NCBI GenBank assembly: GCA_049510745.1
Contig: JBEKYR010000007.1
Coordinates: 1 to 64,000, forward strand
Source of the DNA: Verrucomicrobiota bacterium
GTDB taxonomy: Bacteria; Verrucomicrobiota; Verrucomicrobiia; Limisphaerales; Palsa-1400
Length of the DNA: 64,000 bases
Reading direction: 5' to 3'
The position numbers and the translations under genes are program-made. Under the pieces are notes generated by a model. It did no database searches. It had not been told where the DNA came from and saw nothing but the letters and a program-made list of their open reading frames with translations. Shown piece after piece: positions 29,801 to 40,217 of this stretch (the first letter of the stretch is position 1; every line of letters begins with the position of its first letter).

Positions 29801-30654
29801 CGGGTTTGCCGCCGATCGCGGGCATCACCAACGTGGCGCTGTCGTTTCCGCTGCCGCAGGCCTTTCGGCAGCCGTTGGTGCGGGTCGCGGTGGACGGTCA
29901 AGACTATTACCTGAACGATACCGATCAATACGCGCAATTGGGGTCCACCTCCTCAGACGGCGAGTTGGGCCTGGTTCTTTCCAGCCAGCGGTGCGAAGTC
30001 ATCCGGGCGGCCCGCGGCTGCGCGGACAAAATGGAAACGGTCTATACGCTCTCGCCCGATGACACGGGCAAGACGCGGATCGGCGTGACGCGGCGTTACT
30101 ACGGGGAGAATTACGATGCGATGAACCGGTATTTCTCCGAGCTGCCGCCGGAAGAGAGAAGGCGCTATTTCCAGGAGATCGTGACCGGCGTGGCGCAAGG
30201 GGCGCGGCCGGTGGGGGATCTGAAAACGCAATTTGACAGCTATCCCGGGCTGGAGCAATTCACGGTGGAAGTCGATCACTACAGCGTGGTGGATGGGAAT
30301 TATTTCTACTTTGACCTGCCCTTCAAGCCCTCGCTCCTGCCGGCCGGGGCGGACCGGCGGACGCTGCCGCTGTTCATCGCGCACCCGAGCGACAATGCGG
30401 TGCGGACGGAGATCGCATGGCCGGCGGGATTCCGGCGCGTGATCATCGCGCCGAAAAGCGAAACGCTCGACGAACCGGACGGGGCGGGAGAAGCGCGCAT
30501 CGCCTCGAACGAGGCGGCGGGCAAATGGGTCATCACACATCAATTGGAGACTGCGCCCGCGATTGTCAATCCGAAAGATTATCCGGCCCTGCTCAAGGTC
30601 GAGTCGGCCCTGGGACGAAAAGACTCGAAGGTGTTTCTTTTGGAGAAGGACTGA
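26812..30654 (+). CDS. Exported protein with two tandem DUF3857 + transglutaminase-like modules
   Basis: Signal peptide; first core YGVCRDKAALL/FNHAI/MDPT; second core GYGHAADRAILL lacks the Cys. Confidence 0.88.
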   Translation: MKIKSFAITSALVFTALFALERPAGAETNRYAGANWAFVDTGKVLAAAADITLAKYPDCDEATVEKKMTRVYRADGTGECQDEAFVKVLTEKGKRNNRTLSMSFMLPYSTVEVVRLEVVHTNGETTPVDVAANSKEAIDDSQMGMNIYDPNMRVLRVNLPKVEIGDVVHSVTRETIERAYIPGQFAEESVFEGPGYIRHTSYEVRAPRERPLVRVALRDEVSGTVKYTNEPDADGGVIHHWEVNDVPRMFDEPAMPPYEMVLQRLLVSTTPDWQAVSKWYWDLSKPHLDATTPEMQKTVDTVTAGATDETARIKAVFYHVSKKIRYMGLTPEKDRPGFEPHDVEITFGKKYGVCRDKAALLVSMLREAGLKAYPVLISVGARRDAEVPDPFFNHAIVGVETQPGKYVLMDPTDENTRELLPTGDCDQSYLVCKPEGENLKVSPIQPPEDHLIRIKTTGVLTTAGTLEAKSEVLFEGVNDDEYRNAFAHMKPDDKRRFFERSLKQTMPGARLKSLKLTPEDMLDMSSEVRAELDYSVDGMTASGSGKSVVSLPWIGKGLGVVNFILGGTGLEKRKYPMRTYVACGLEEAISLKLSGGFGAAVSLPSCSPIEDNCISYQQTCEARDGSLNGARELKLKVVEFTPEQYLKLKQTLKSLEYDQRKAPVMTVPETETAGAEPKAAEGADTPVESNARILRSHKELEVTDAHSSVYKVRYSKRILNYAGKIREAEVKISYNPACQEAKFIRGEVVSKTGERQEIATNEMNVMDAGWNASAKRYTGEKILVANLPGVDIGSTIDVEFAITNKGLPFVAGYESFQLPDEMEEKTFELAAPANLKIYEMVSGPPGVIQEQDSDNGQRQAFQWRCGHVQALPAETQLPPEWAYNAGVTYFAGEMKSYLTELNDTVLQRSAQRERAAEKARQLAGAAKSKLEAVKAIRDFVAKSIRLAGPSFTELPLSELSAADTTLGDGYGHAADRAILLHAMLTAAGFQSEFVLASGLPPIAGITNVALSFPLPQAFRQPLVRVAVDGQDYYLNDTDQYAQLGSTSSDGELGLVLSSQRCEVIRAARGCADKMETVYTLSPDDTGKTRIGVTRRYYGENYDAMNRYFSELPPEERRRYFQEIVTGVAQGARPVGDLKTQFDSYPGLEQFTVEVDHYSVVDGNYFYFDLPFKPSLLPAGADRRTLPLFIAHPSDNAVRTEIAWPAGFRRVIIAPKSETLDEPDGAGEARIASNEAAGKWVITHQLETAPAIVNPKDYPALLKVESALGRKDSKVFLLEKD

Positions 30655-30718
30655 AATCAGGCGGCGATGCCGAGCGCGGGCGGTTGACAAGCGGGTTGAA
30701 ATAGGCTTCACTTTTGCT

Positions 30719-31282
30719 GTGGCAAGCAACGCGGTCTCCAACTATTCCGAAGCAAAGATGCAACAGGTGATCCTGTACTTCCTGGAGCACATCAACAACG
30801 TGCATCTTGGGCGCACCAAGCTGATGAAGCTGCTCTATTTTGTGGACTTCGACCACTACGAAGAGCACGGATGCTCCGTCACGGGCGCGCCCTACCGCAA
30901 GCTCCCGCATGGCCCCTACCCGGACAAAATCGAGAAACTCATCGGAAAAATGGAGAAGGCGGGCCTGGTGCGCGAAGTGAAGGTGAATCACAAAGGCTAC
31001 ACGCAGCACCGGCTCATCACGCTCCAGGGCAAATTTGATCCGGCAAAGTTCTCGGGCACCGAACTGCAGACGCTGGAACGCGTGGCCGCCGATTGGGCCA
31101 ACAGCACGGCGACACAGATCGAAGCCGCCACCCATCGCGAGGCCCCGTGGGCCGGAACGGAGGCCGGCAAAAAGATCGACTACGAAATGGCCCACTACCG
31201 CCACGCCATCGGATTCGAGCCGCTCGATCAGTCGCTGTCTTCGTCCAAAAAGTTTGCCGAGTACGTCGCCGCCCTCGCCTAG
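30719..31282 (+). CDS. Panacea (SocA/DUF4065) domain antitoxin-like protein (start GTG 30719 or ATG 30758)
   Basis: TKLMKLLYFVD, Y.KLPHGPYP, THREAPW. Confidence 0.88.
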   Translation: MASNAVSNYSEAKMQQVILYFLEHINNVHLGRTKLMKLLYFVDFDHYEEHGCSVTGAPYRKLPHGPYPDKIEKLIGKMEKAGLVREVKVNHKGYTQHRLITLQGKFDPAKFSGTELQTLERVAADWANSTATQIEAATHREAPWAGTEAGKKIDYEMAHYRHAIGFEPLDQSLSSSKKFAEYVAALA

Positions 31283-31350
31283 AATCACACGTGGGGGAAT
31301 GCCGTCCGACTGCGGGCTAGACTTTTGGCGGCGGGCAACCAAATTATCCC

Positions 31351-33258
31351 GTGCCGGAAATCAACCGAGTTCAGTCGCCGCCTGCCAGGCCCCTGCTGGT
31401 TTTTGACGGCGACTGCCAATTCTGCCGCCGCTGGGTCGCCCGCTGGAAAAGCGCGACCGGCGAGGCGGTCGATTATCTCCCGTTCCAGGACGCCGCCGTT
31501 CCCGCGCGATTCCCCGAAATTCCGCCGGCGGACTTCGAGGAGGCCATCCATTTGATTTTGCCGGACGGCTCGGTGAGCCGGGGAGCGGAGGCGGTGTTTC
31601 GCTCGCTGGCCGAGGGCGGGCGGCATCGGTGGTTATGGCGGTTGTATCAAAAATTTCCGCCGTTTGCCGAAGTCAGCGAAACGCTCTACGAGGAAGTGGC
31701 CCTGCACCGGACGTTTTTCTCGCGACTGGACCAGGTGTATTCCGGGCCGGGCACGGAACCGCCCGGCGGCGTCCGGGTGCGGTGGCTTTTTTTGCGGGGA
31801 CTGGCGCTCATATACTTGATAGCGTTTGTGTCATTGGGGGCGCAAATGCAGGGGCTGATCGGCAGCCACGGCATCGCGCCCGCCCGGGAATTGATGTCCG
31901 CGGTCAATCTGGCGGCGGCGCAAAACCATCTCGGCCTGGACCGCTTCCATCTGGTTCCGACCTTTGCCTGGTGGAGCGCGAGCGACCGCGCGCTCAATTG
32001 GCAATGCGCCCTGGGAGTGGCCGGCTCGCTTGCGTTGCTGGCCGGCGTCGCGCCCGCGCTGATGCTGGCGCTGCTCTGGGCGCTCTACCTGTCGTTCTGC
32101 ACCATCGCCAGCCCGTTTTTCAACTTTCAGTGGGACAGCCTGCTGCTGGAGACGGGTTTTTTGGCGATTTTTTACGCGCCGTTGCAATGGCTGGAGCGGC
32201 CCTCGCGCCAGGCGCCGCCGCCGGCGCTGGTGGTGTGGCTGCTGCGCTGGGAACTGTTCCGGCTCATGTTCGAGTCCGGCTGCGTCAAGCTGATGAGCGG
32301 GGATCCTTCGTGGTGGAACCTGACCGCGCTGCGCGTCCACTACGAAACGCAGCCGCTGCCCACCTGGATCGGATGGCACGCGCACCAACTGCCCGCGGGG
32401 GCGCAGGCCGTCTCGCAGTTTTTGATGCTGGCGATTGAACTGGCGGCGCCCGCCCTGATTTTTTGCGGCCGGCGCCCGCGCCTGCTGGCGGCGGGGGCAT
32501 TCGCGGCGCTGCAAGTCGCAATTCTATTGACAGGCAATTACACCTTTTTCAATTGGCTGGCCATCCTGCTGTGCGTGCCGCTCCTGGACGACCGCGTTTT
32601 GAAAATGTTCCGCCGCAAAAGCGGGGAAGCGCCCGCTCCCGCGACCGTCCGCCCGGCGCGCTGGCCTTGGGCGGTGACGCTCGGCCTGTCGGTCGTGGTC
32701 GTGACGGTGACGTTGATTCAGGTCCTGGCGGCGGCGCGCAGCAACCAGCGCTGGCCCGCGCCGGTGCTGGCGCTTTATGGCTGGCTGGAACCGTTCCGCA
32801 GCCTCAACAGTTACGGACTGTTCGCGGTGATGACGCAGACGCGGCCGGAGATCGTGATCGAAGGGAGCGACGACGGGCGGAACTGGCAGGCGTATGAATT
32901 CAAGCACAAGCCGGGCGACTTGAAGCGGCGGCCGGGATTTGTCGCGCCCTATCAGCCGCGGCTGGATTGGCAGATGTGGTTCGCGGCGCTGGGAAGCCCG
33001 CGCGGGAACCCGTGGTTTTTGAGCCTGGAATTGCGCCTGCTGCAAAACGCGCCCCCGGTGCTGGCGCTGCTGGGGCGCAACCCATTTCCCGCCGCTCCGC
33101 CCAAATACATTCGCGCCCAGCTCTACGAGTATCATTTCACCGACATCCCGACCCGCCGCGCCACCGGACAGTGGTGGCGCCGGGAGTTGAAACGCGCCTA
33201 CGTTCCGCCGCTGTCCCTGGAGGACTTTCGGGCGGGGCAGGAGCCGGGACGGCAGTGA
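31351..33258 (+). CDS. DCC1-like thiol-disulfide oxidoreductase (DUF393) fused to a lipase maturation factor family domain
   Basis: FDGDCQFC N-terminus; FQWDSLLLETG, HYETQPLP, NSYGLFAVMT, PYQPRLDWQMWFAAL. Confidence 0.9.
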   Translation: MPEINRVQSPPARPLLVFDGDCQFCRRWVARWKSATGEAVDYLPFQDAAVPARFPEIPPADFEEAIHLILPDGSVSRGAEAVFRSLAEGGRHRWLWRLYQKFPPFAEVSETLYEEVALHRTFFSRLDQVYSGPGTEPPGGVRVRWLFLRGLALIYLIAFVSLGAQMQGLIGSHGIAPARELMSAVNLAAAQNHLGLDRFHLVPTFAWWSASDRALNWQCALGVAGSLALLAGVAPALMLALLWALYLSFCTIASPFFNFQWDSLLLETGFLAIFYAPLQWLERPSRQAPPPALVVWLLRWELFRLMFESGCVKLMSGDPSWWNLTALRVHYETQPLPTWIGWHAHQLPAGAQAVSQFLMLAIELAAPALIFCGRRPRLLAAGAFAALQVAILLTGNYTFFNWLAILLCVPLLDDRVLKMFRRKSGEAPAPATVRPARWPWAVTLGLSVVVVTVTLIQVLAAARSNQRWPAPVLALYGWLEPFRSLNSYGLFAVMTQTRPEIVIEGSDDGRNWQAYEFKHKPGDLKRRPGFVAPYQPRLDWQMWFAALGSPRGNPWFLSLELRLLQNAPPVLALLGRNPFPAAPPKYIRAQLYEYHFTDIPTRRATGQWWRRELKRAYVPPLSLEDFRAGQEPGRQ

Positions 33259-33270
33259 GATTGCGGGGAC

Positions 33271-33310
33271 AAGTATGAAGTCAGAAGGATGAAGGAAGAA
33301 GGATGAAGTC
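33271..33310 (+). repeat. Heptamer periodic repeat
   Basis: AAGTATG-AAGTCAG-AAGGATG-AAGGAAG-AAGGATG-AAGTC. Confidence 0.7.
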
Positions 33311-33443
33311 CAAGTTCCGATGGGCGCTGCACTCTGGATTTCCCTTGCCGTCCACGCTTTAAGCGAGCCGCGGCCGAGCGGGCAACGAAACTCTCTTGAG
33401 AACGACTGGGCAAAACTTTATCCTCTCGCCGGCAAAGCTGAAT

Positions 33444-33548
33444 GTGATTTATCTCGACCACAACGCCACAACGCCGATTGGGCCGGAGGTGCTTGTCCAG
33501 GCGGGCATTCCGGCCGTCAAACAGGCAGCGGCGTCATTGCGGAACTGA
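33444..33548 (+). pseudogene. 5' remnant of an IscS/NifS cysteine desulfurase
   Basis: GTG start, IYLDHNATTPIGPEVL (17 codons), then unrelated sequence and a stop at 33546-33548. Confidence 0.75.
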
Positions 33549-33557
33549 AAGCCACAA

Positions 33558-33797
33558 ATGAAACTGGAACTCTACACCGATGCGATGCTGACCTGCGACC
33601 TGCCGCAACATCGGCTTCGGCGCGGCGACATTGTCAAACTGGTCGAACGTCACGTGGCCCCTGACGGCACGGAAGGCTTTTCCATCGAAGTCTTCAACGC
33701 CGTCGGTGACACCATCGCCGTCAGGGCTGTCTCCGCCTCCGCTCTCGAAGTCTTGCGCGAAGACGACATCCTTTGCGCGCGTCCGCCGCAACCCTGA
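33558..33797 (+). CDS. DUF4926 family protein
   Basis: LTCDLPQHRLRRGDIVKLVE...GFSIEVFNAVGDTIAV. Confidence 0.8.
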   Translation: MKLELYTDAMLTCDLPQHRLRRGDIVKLVERHVAPDGTEGFSIEVFNAVGDTIAVRAVSASALEVLREDDILCARPPQP

Positions 33798-33854
33798 AGC
33801 GGGAGCATATACTGCTGCCCCTCACCCGTCGCTCCTCACCCGAGTTTATGATCC

Positions 33855-33903
33855 TGTCTATGTGAAATCGCGGTACGTAGTGGTGCAATTTGGCCTCGCT
33901 CAT
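33855..33903 (-). pseudogene. Possible 5' remnant of a DUF4238 protein
   Basis: MSEAKLHHYVPRF start 12 nt after the upstream stop; similarity ends quickly. Confidence 0.5.
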
Positions 33904-33915
33904 AATCGGCAATTC

Positions 33916-34134
33916 CTATGGTGAATAGCTACGGATGCCCTCATGGTAATGGGGGAACGTGTAGATTCCGTTCGTTTGGAGCCAGTACCCTTCTCTGCCG
34001 TCGGGGGCCTTGTAAGCCCGGCTCAGCCCAATACGGAGGAACACTGCGTCTTGAGTTTGGAGCAATTGATTCAGGGCGAACAGGTCATTGTTACTAAACC
34101 GCGTGAGGTCTGTAACAATAATCGTTCGTTGCAT
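33916..34134 (-). pseudogene. Probable internally deleted dual-OB-like protein
   Basis: N-terminal IIVTDLTRF joined directly to a C-terminal-type LRIGLSR...GYWLQTNGIYTFP; only 72 aa. Confidence 0.5.
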
Positions 34135-34143
34135 GGCCCTGGG

Positions 34144-34596
34144 TCACGTGATGTGTTTGATATCGAGGTTGCCCCAGCGCCGCTGAAGGTATTCCACCAC
34201 CAAGCGGCGGTGACAGTGGTGGGGCTTGTCCTCACTACACAGCAGGCAGGCGCCGGCAATCATCTCACGGTCAGTTTTTTCTTCGATGTGGCGATCTTCC
34301 ATCAACCGGAGGAAACCGCGTTCGTAATCTTCCCAGCTTCCCTTGCTCTTCTTGTAGGCGTCTAGCAATGGTTGTGTGGGAGCGAGGAGCGGGGCCTCGA
34401 CATAATCTACGTTGAGAATTTGTTTGAGGAAATATTTCAGGTCATCGCGCTTGCTGAAACCGGCGAGTTGCGAAACCTTGTTGAGCCGCACGTCCACCAG
34501 GCGCTTAATTCCTGCGGCGCGCAGTTTCTCAAAAAACTCACCGGCGGTTTTTTTAGTAAAACCGATGGTAAAAACATTGATAGGTTCGGATGGCAT
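34144..34596 (-). CDS. DUF488 family protein
   Basis: VFTIGFT, LVDVRL, LLCSEDKPHHCHR. Confidence 0.9.
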   Translation of the reverse strand: MPSEPINVFTIGFTKKTAGEFFEKLRAAGIKRLVDVRLNKVSQLAGFSKRDDLKYFLKQILNVDYVEAPLLAPTQPLLDAYKKSKGSWEDYERGFLRLMEDRHIEEKTDREMIAGACLLCSEDKPHHCHRRLVVEYLQRRWGNLDIKHIT

Positions 34597-34601
34597 AAAA
34601 T

Positions 34602-35198
34602 TCACAGTTGCGCGACTGGTTCGGCGCACTCGTGGTAGGCGATCTTAGCACCGCGACGGTCGTAGGCTTTTGCGATCAATTCCTCGCGCGGCGTAAAAAA
34701 GTCGTCAGTGGGGACTTTTTCCTCGCCAAGCAAACGGGTTTCCGCGTCGATGTGGGTTTCAATGCCGCCATCGTTCAAGATGTGCCGGATATTTAGGTCG
34801 TTTCTGATCTGGCGACAAATCAAGATGGTGCGGTGACATTCCAGCGGGTCCTTTTCCGCACACATCAGGGCGAGGCGAAAGCGGGCGCTGCCGGTTTGCA
34901 CGCGCTCCAAGCCAGAGCGAAACGCAGCCATTCGCGCAATACGGTCGTAGCGGGCGACGCCTTCAACGTAACATTCTCGCTCGGCGCGGCGCGCACCGAG
35001 TTCATCACCAAGAAAGACATAGCGGATGTTGGCGACGCGCAGTGCGCGATCCAGAATTTCGCGGTTGAAGTGAGGAAACCGAGCGCTGTAAGGACTGCTT
35101 CGCACGTCCCCGATGGCTTCGATGCGATGGCGCAACAGCAATTCGAGGAACTGTTCCCACGATTGCGTCGAGTGGCCGATGGTAAAAAGTTCACTCAT
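34602..35198 (-). CDS. DUF488 family protein
   Basis: LFTIGHS, DVRSSPYS, LGDELGAR, LMCAEKDPLECHR. Confidence 0.9.
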   Translation of the reverse strand: MSELFTIGHSTQSWEQFLELLLRHRIEAIGDVRSSPYSARFPHFNREILDRALRVANIRYVFLGDELGARRAERECYVEGVARYDRIARMAAFRSGLERVQTGSARFRLALMCAEKDPLECHRTILICRQIRNDLNIRHILNDGGIETHIDAETRLLGEEKVPTDDFFTPREELIAKAYDRRGAKIAYHECAEPVAQL

Positions 35199-35938
35199 TA
35201 CGGTTCAAAAATAGTAGCACCAATCTTGTAGTGGCGGCCGAGAAATTCCAACCCAAGACTTAAACAAAGGAAATAGTTTGCCGCATCCTGTATTCTCATC
35301 AGTTGGGGCATGTCAGTCATCCGATTCCATATATCGTGGCGCTTCATGAATTTAGGATCGGTGACCGAAAACTCATGGTAGGTACCAGCGTAGTTAAACG
35401 ACAGGTCTCGAACATATTTGGTTTTCATCTGGCCGGGATTGTTGCTGTCGGAAACAGATTTCTTCCAAAAGCAAAAATCCATCTTCGGCGGCGCTGAAAT
35501 GAGGTAAATGCTTGACGCCTGAGGAGTCATCGTGCGGACAAACCCTGCCTGAACCGAAGAAGCCTGCTGACCGTCGTGCCACAATTGTAACGGCGTATCC
35601 ACAATTGAGCGAAGACAGCTTGTATTGGCGCGGGAAATGACCTGCCAAGGCCGTGATGGCTCATAATACCAATCTTCGGGATGGTCCGGATTATTACACG
35701 GATCTCGCAACTCCACTTGAATGATGTCGAGCGGTTGGATTTGTCCGCGTCCTGGGCAAATGGTCTTGGCGTAAGGAACTGCCCCCTCATCGCCGTCCGG
35801 ATTGGTCAGCCGAATCCACTGCGGTTGAATATCAAAATTCTTATCATCGACGCGGGTAGCAATTTTTCCCGCGACGCAAAATTTGTTCTTCGTTCGAGCA
35901 GAATTTGCCAGAACAATCATGTATTTCGCCGCAGCCAT
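35198..35938 (-). CDS. Dual OB-fold domain protein
   Basis: IVLANS...CVAG, WIR, PLDII, SVTDP, LCLSLG, YKIGATI; TAATG overlap with DUF488. Confidence 0.75.
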   Translation of the reverse strand: MAAAKYMIVLANSARTKNKFCVAGKIATRVDDKNFDIQPQWIRLTNPDGDEGAVPYAKTICPGRGQIQPLDIIQVELRDPCNNPDHPEDWYYEPSRPWQVISRANTSCLRSIVDTPLQLWHDGQQASSVQAGFVRTMTPQASSIYLISAPPKMDFCFWKKSVSDSNNPGQMKTKYVRDLSFNYAGTYHEFSVTDPKFMKRHDIWNRMTDMPQLMRIQDAANYFLCLSLGLEFLGRHYKIGATIFEP

Positions 35939-36120
35939 ACAAGTAAGCCCTTTCTTCGTTCGACCATACTGTTACCATGCCATTTGAGCCTTGACAAGTA
36001 ATCCGAAGTGTTTGAAATCTGCAATTCGCTCAGTAAGCCAGCGCCGCCGTCGGCACTGAATAAAACGTCGGCAGATTGTCGGCCAGCAAACGCCACCTCT
36101 TCCCTCGTCATCCGAGGAAA

Positions 36121-36882
36121 TCATTGATCGGAAACGCGCAGCAGTTCTTCGGACGTTTCCGGGCCGGGATGCGGTTCTTCCCGCGCCGCGGCGACCAGGG
36201 ACGGCTTGATCGAGCCGGCGTTGTTGCCGCCCAGGTTCGACCGGATGTAGGTGAGCACGACGGCGATTTCGTCGTCTTTGAGATTCTCCCGCCAGGGGGG
36301 CATGGGGAGGTTCCAATCGCGGCCTTGCACGCGGATTGGCCCGGTCAAGCCGTTCAAAACGATGCGTACCAGGCGCGCGCCGCCCGGCGCCAGCACCCAC
36401 TCGGAGCCGGCCAGCGGCGGGGCGACGCCGTCCTTGCCCCCGCCGCCGGGTTGATGGCAGGCAGCGCAAATTTTGCCGTAGATGGCCCTGGCTTTGGCGG
36501 TGGGGTCGTTGCCGCTGGTCATGACCGACTGGATGAACGCCTGCAAGAGCGGGTCGGGGGTGCCGTAGCTGACATAGACCGGCGGGTCTTTGCCGATATA
36601 AAAGCCGGGGGGCGGAGCGGAGGGGGGCGGGTTTGTTTTCAGTTGCTCGCGCAGGCGGGCCAAGACGGCGGAGTCCCGGCGCACGGTCTGCAATTCCGCT
36701 TCCCTGGCGGCGACCTTGGCCAAGGCGGCTTGGCGGCCGGCTTGCGCTTGTTGCAATTGCTGTCGGAGCGATTGATTGCGCGCAGCGAGGGTGTCGATGG
36801 CGCTTTGGCGGTCCAGGAACACGGCCAGGGCGGCGAGAGCGGCTGCGGCAATGATGGCGGCGATGGCCTTGGTGCGGGTCAT
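36121..36882 (-). CDS. Membrane-anchored c-type cytochrome with a coiled-coil linker
   Basis: CAACH heme motif, PPLAGSEWV, axial Met in MPPW. Confidence 0.9.
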   Translation of the reverse strand: MTRTKAIAAIIAAAALAALAVFLDRQSAIDTLAARNQSLRQQLQQAQAGRQAALAKVAAREAELQTVRRDSAVLARLREQLKTNPPPSAPPPGFYIGKDPPVYVSYGTPDPLLQAFIQSVMTSGNDPTAKARAIYGKICAACHQPGGGGKDGVAPPLAGSEWVLAPGGARLVRIVLNGLTGPIRVQGRDWNLPMPPWRENLKDDEIAVVLTYIRSNLGGNNAGSIKPSLVAAAREEPHPGPETSEELLRVSDQ

Positions 36883-37055
36883 GGTTCTAAGCGTTTCCGG
36901 CGTGGTCTTTCATGCGGGTGACTATAACAAAGATCGCGCCTCGCGGCCAAAATTCTTTCGCGCCGTGCTGAATCATTGGAAGGTTCCCGGCAAAGCGCCT
37001 CTTCCGGCGTTGAATTGAGCTTGAAAACGGGAAGCAAGGGTGGGAAGTTCCCACC

Positions 37056-37295
37056 ATGAGCAAGACAGTGACAATTGACGAGAAGCGGCGGGCGAGCCTT
37101 GGGCCGAGTTTTTCGCCGGGCGATTCCTTCGTGCGGGAGATTAGCGGGGACAAGGTGACCTTCACCCGAGTGGAGCCGGTGAGGACGCCCGCAGCCAAGG
37201 TGAGGATGGCCCGAGCCGGAGGTTACACGGTGGGAATTCTGGACCGGCCCATCGACCCGAAAGCGATCGCGCGGGCGCTGGAGGAATTTCCTTGA
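37056..37295 (+). CDS. AbrB/MazE-like antitoxin
   Basis: TVTIDEKRRASL..FSPGD pattern; overlaps the PIN toxin by 4 nt. Confidence 0.7.
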   Translation: MSKTVTIDEKRRASLGPSFSPGDSFVREISGDKVTFTRVEPVRTPAAKVRMARAGGYTVGILDRPIDPKAIARALEEFP

Positions 37296-37663
37296 AATAC
37301 CTCTTGGACGTCAACGTGCTTCTGCAAGGGATCTGGAAGGACCATCCCGACCATGAAGCGACGTTTAAGTGGCTTCAAGGCAAAGCAGTGGTCGTCTGCC
37401 CGCTGGCGGAGTTGGGCTTTATTCGTGTCAGCACCGGAGCGTTAGGAGCACCCATGGCCGAGACGCGGCAGCTATTGGAAAGGTTTTTGTCCGAGCGCAA
37501 TGCGGGGCGCATAGCCGACGACCTGCCGGCGCTGGGGTCAATGCCCAAAACCTCAGGACAGGTGACGGACCATTACCTGGCCGATTTGGCGCAAATGCAT
37601 GGAATCCAGCTTGCGACGTTCGATCAGAAGATTTCACATCCTGCCGTGCAGAGCATCGGCTAA
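37292..37663 (+). CDS. VapC family PIN toxin
   Basis: YLLDVNVL, CPLAELGFIRV, VTDHYLADLA, LATFD. Confidence 0.9.
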   Translation: MKYLLDVNVLLQGIWKDHPDHEATFKWLQGKAVVVCPLAELGFIRVSTGALGAPMAETRQLLERFLSERNAGRIADDLPALGSMPKTSGQVTDHYLADLAQMHGIQLATFDQKISHPAVQSIG

Positions 37664-37807
37664 GACAGCGCGATGAGCCGGCAGTCGATGGGAGGGGGTG
37701 AATTCCGCCGGCGAAGTTGCGCTCCCAGAAAGTCATTAAGAATTGGGGAGGTTCGCCGCGCCGGTTCATTGGCTTGACGGGGGGCGGGGGGCGCGGTAGC
37801 GTTTTGG

Positions 37808-39800
<1,993 letters not shown>

Positions 39801-39801
39801 A

Positions 39802-39849
39802 GGCAGCGCGGGCGTCTCGCCTGCGGCATCGGGCAACTGCGCCCGACGC
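39802..39849 (+). repeat. REP-like double hairpin
   Basis: GGCAGC-GCGGGCGTCTCGCCTGC, then GCATCGGGC..GCCCGACGC. Confidence 0.5.
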
Positions 39850-39896
39850 AAAACTCGGACTTTCAAAGCCGCACCCATGATGCTAGTGTTAACGCG

Positions 39897-40217
39897 GTGA
39901 AGACAATTCAGCCCGGCCTTTTGGAAACTATAATCGAGCGGTTGAAAGCCGAGTTTCAGCCGGAGGAGATTTATTTGTTTGGCTCGCATGCCTGGGGCAC
40001 GCCCGATGAAGACAGCGACGTGGACTTGATGGTGATTTTGCCGCAGAGCGACGAGCGGCCCATCCGGCGCGACCAACGCGCGCAGCATTGTCTGGGCAAG
40101 CTGGCCGTGCCTGCCGACGTGTTGGTGCGAACGCGCGCCGAAGTGAACCGCTACAAACACCTTCGCGCCTCCTTGTTTCATCAAGTCCTGAACCAGGGCC
40201 GAAAGCTGTATGGATGA
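39897..40217 (+). CDS. Minimal nucleotidyltransferase (MNT) antitoxin
   Basis: IYLFGSHAWG..DEDSDVDL. Confidence 0.92.
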   Translation: MKTIQPGLLETIIERLKAEFQPEEIYLFGSHAWGTPDEDSDVDLMVILPQSDERPIRRDQRAQHCLGKLAVPADVLVRTRAEVNRYKHLRASLFHQVLNQGRKLYG

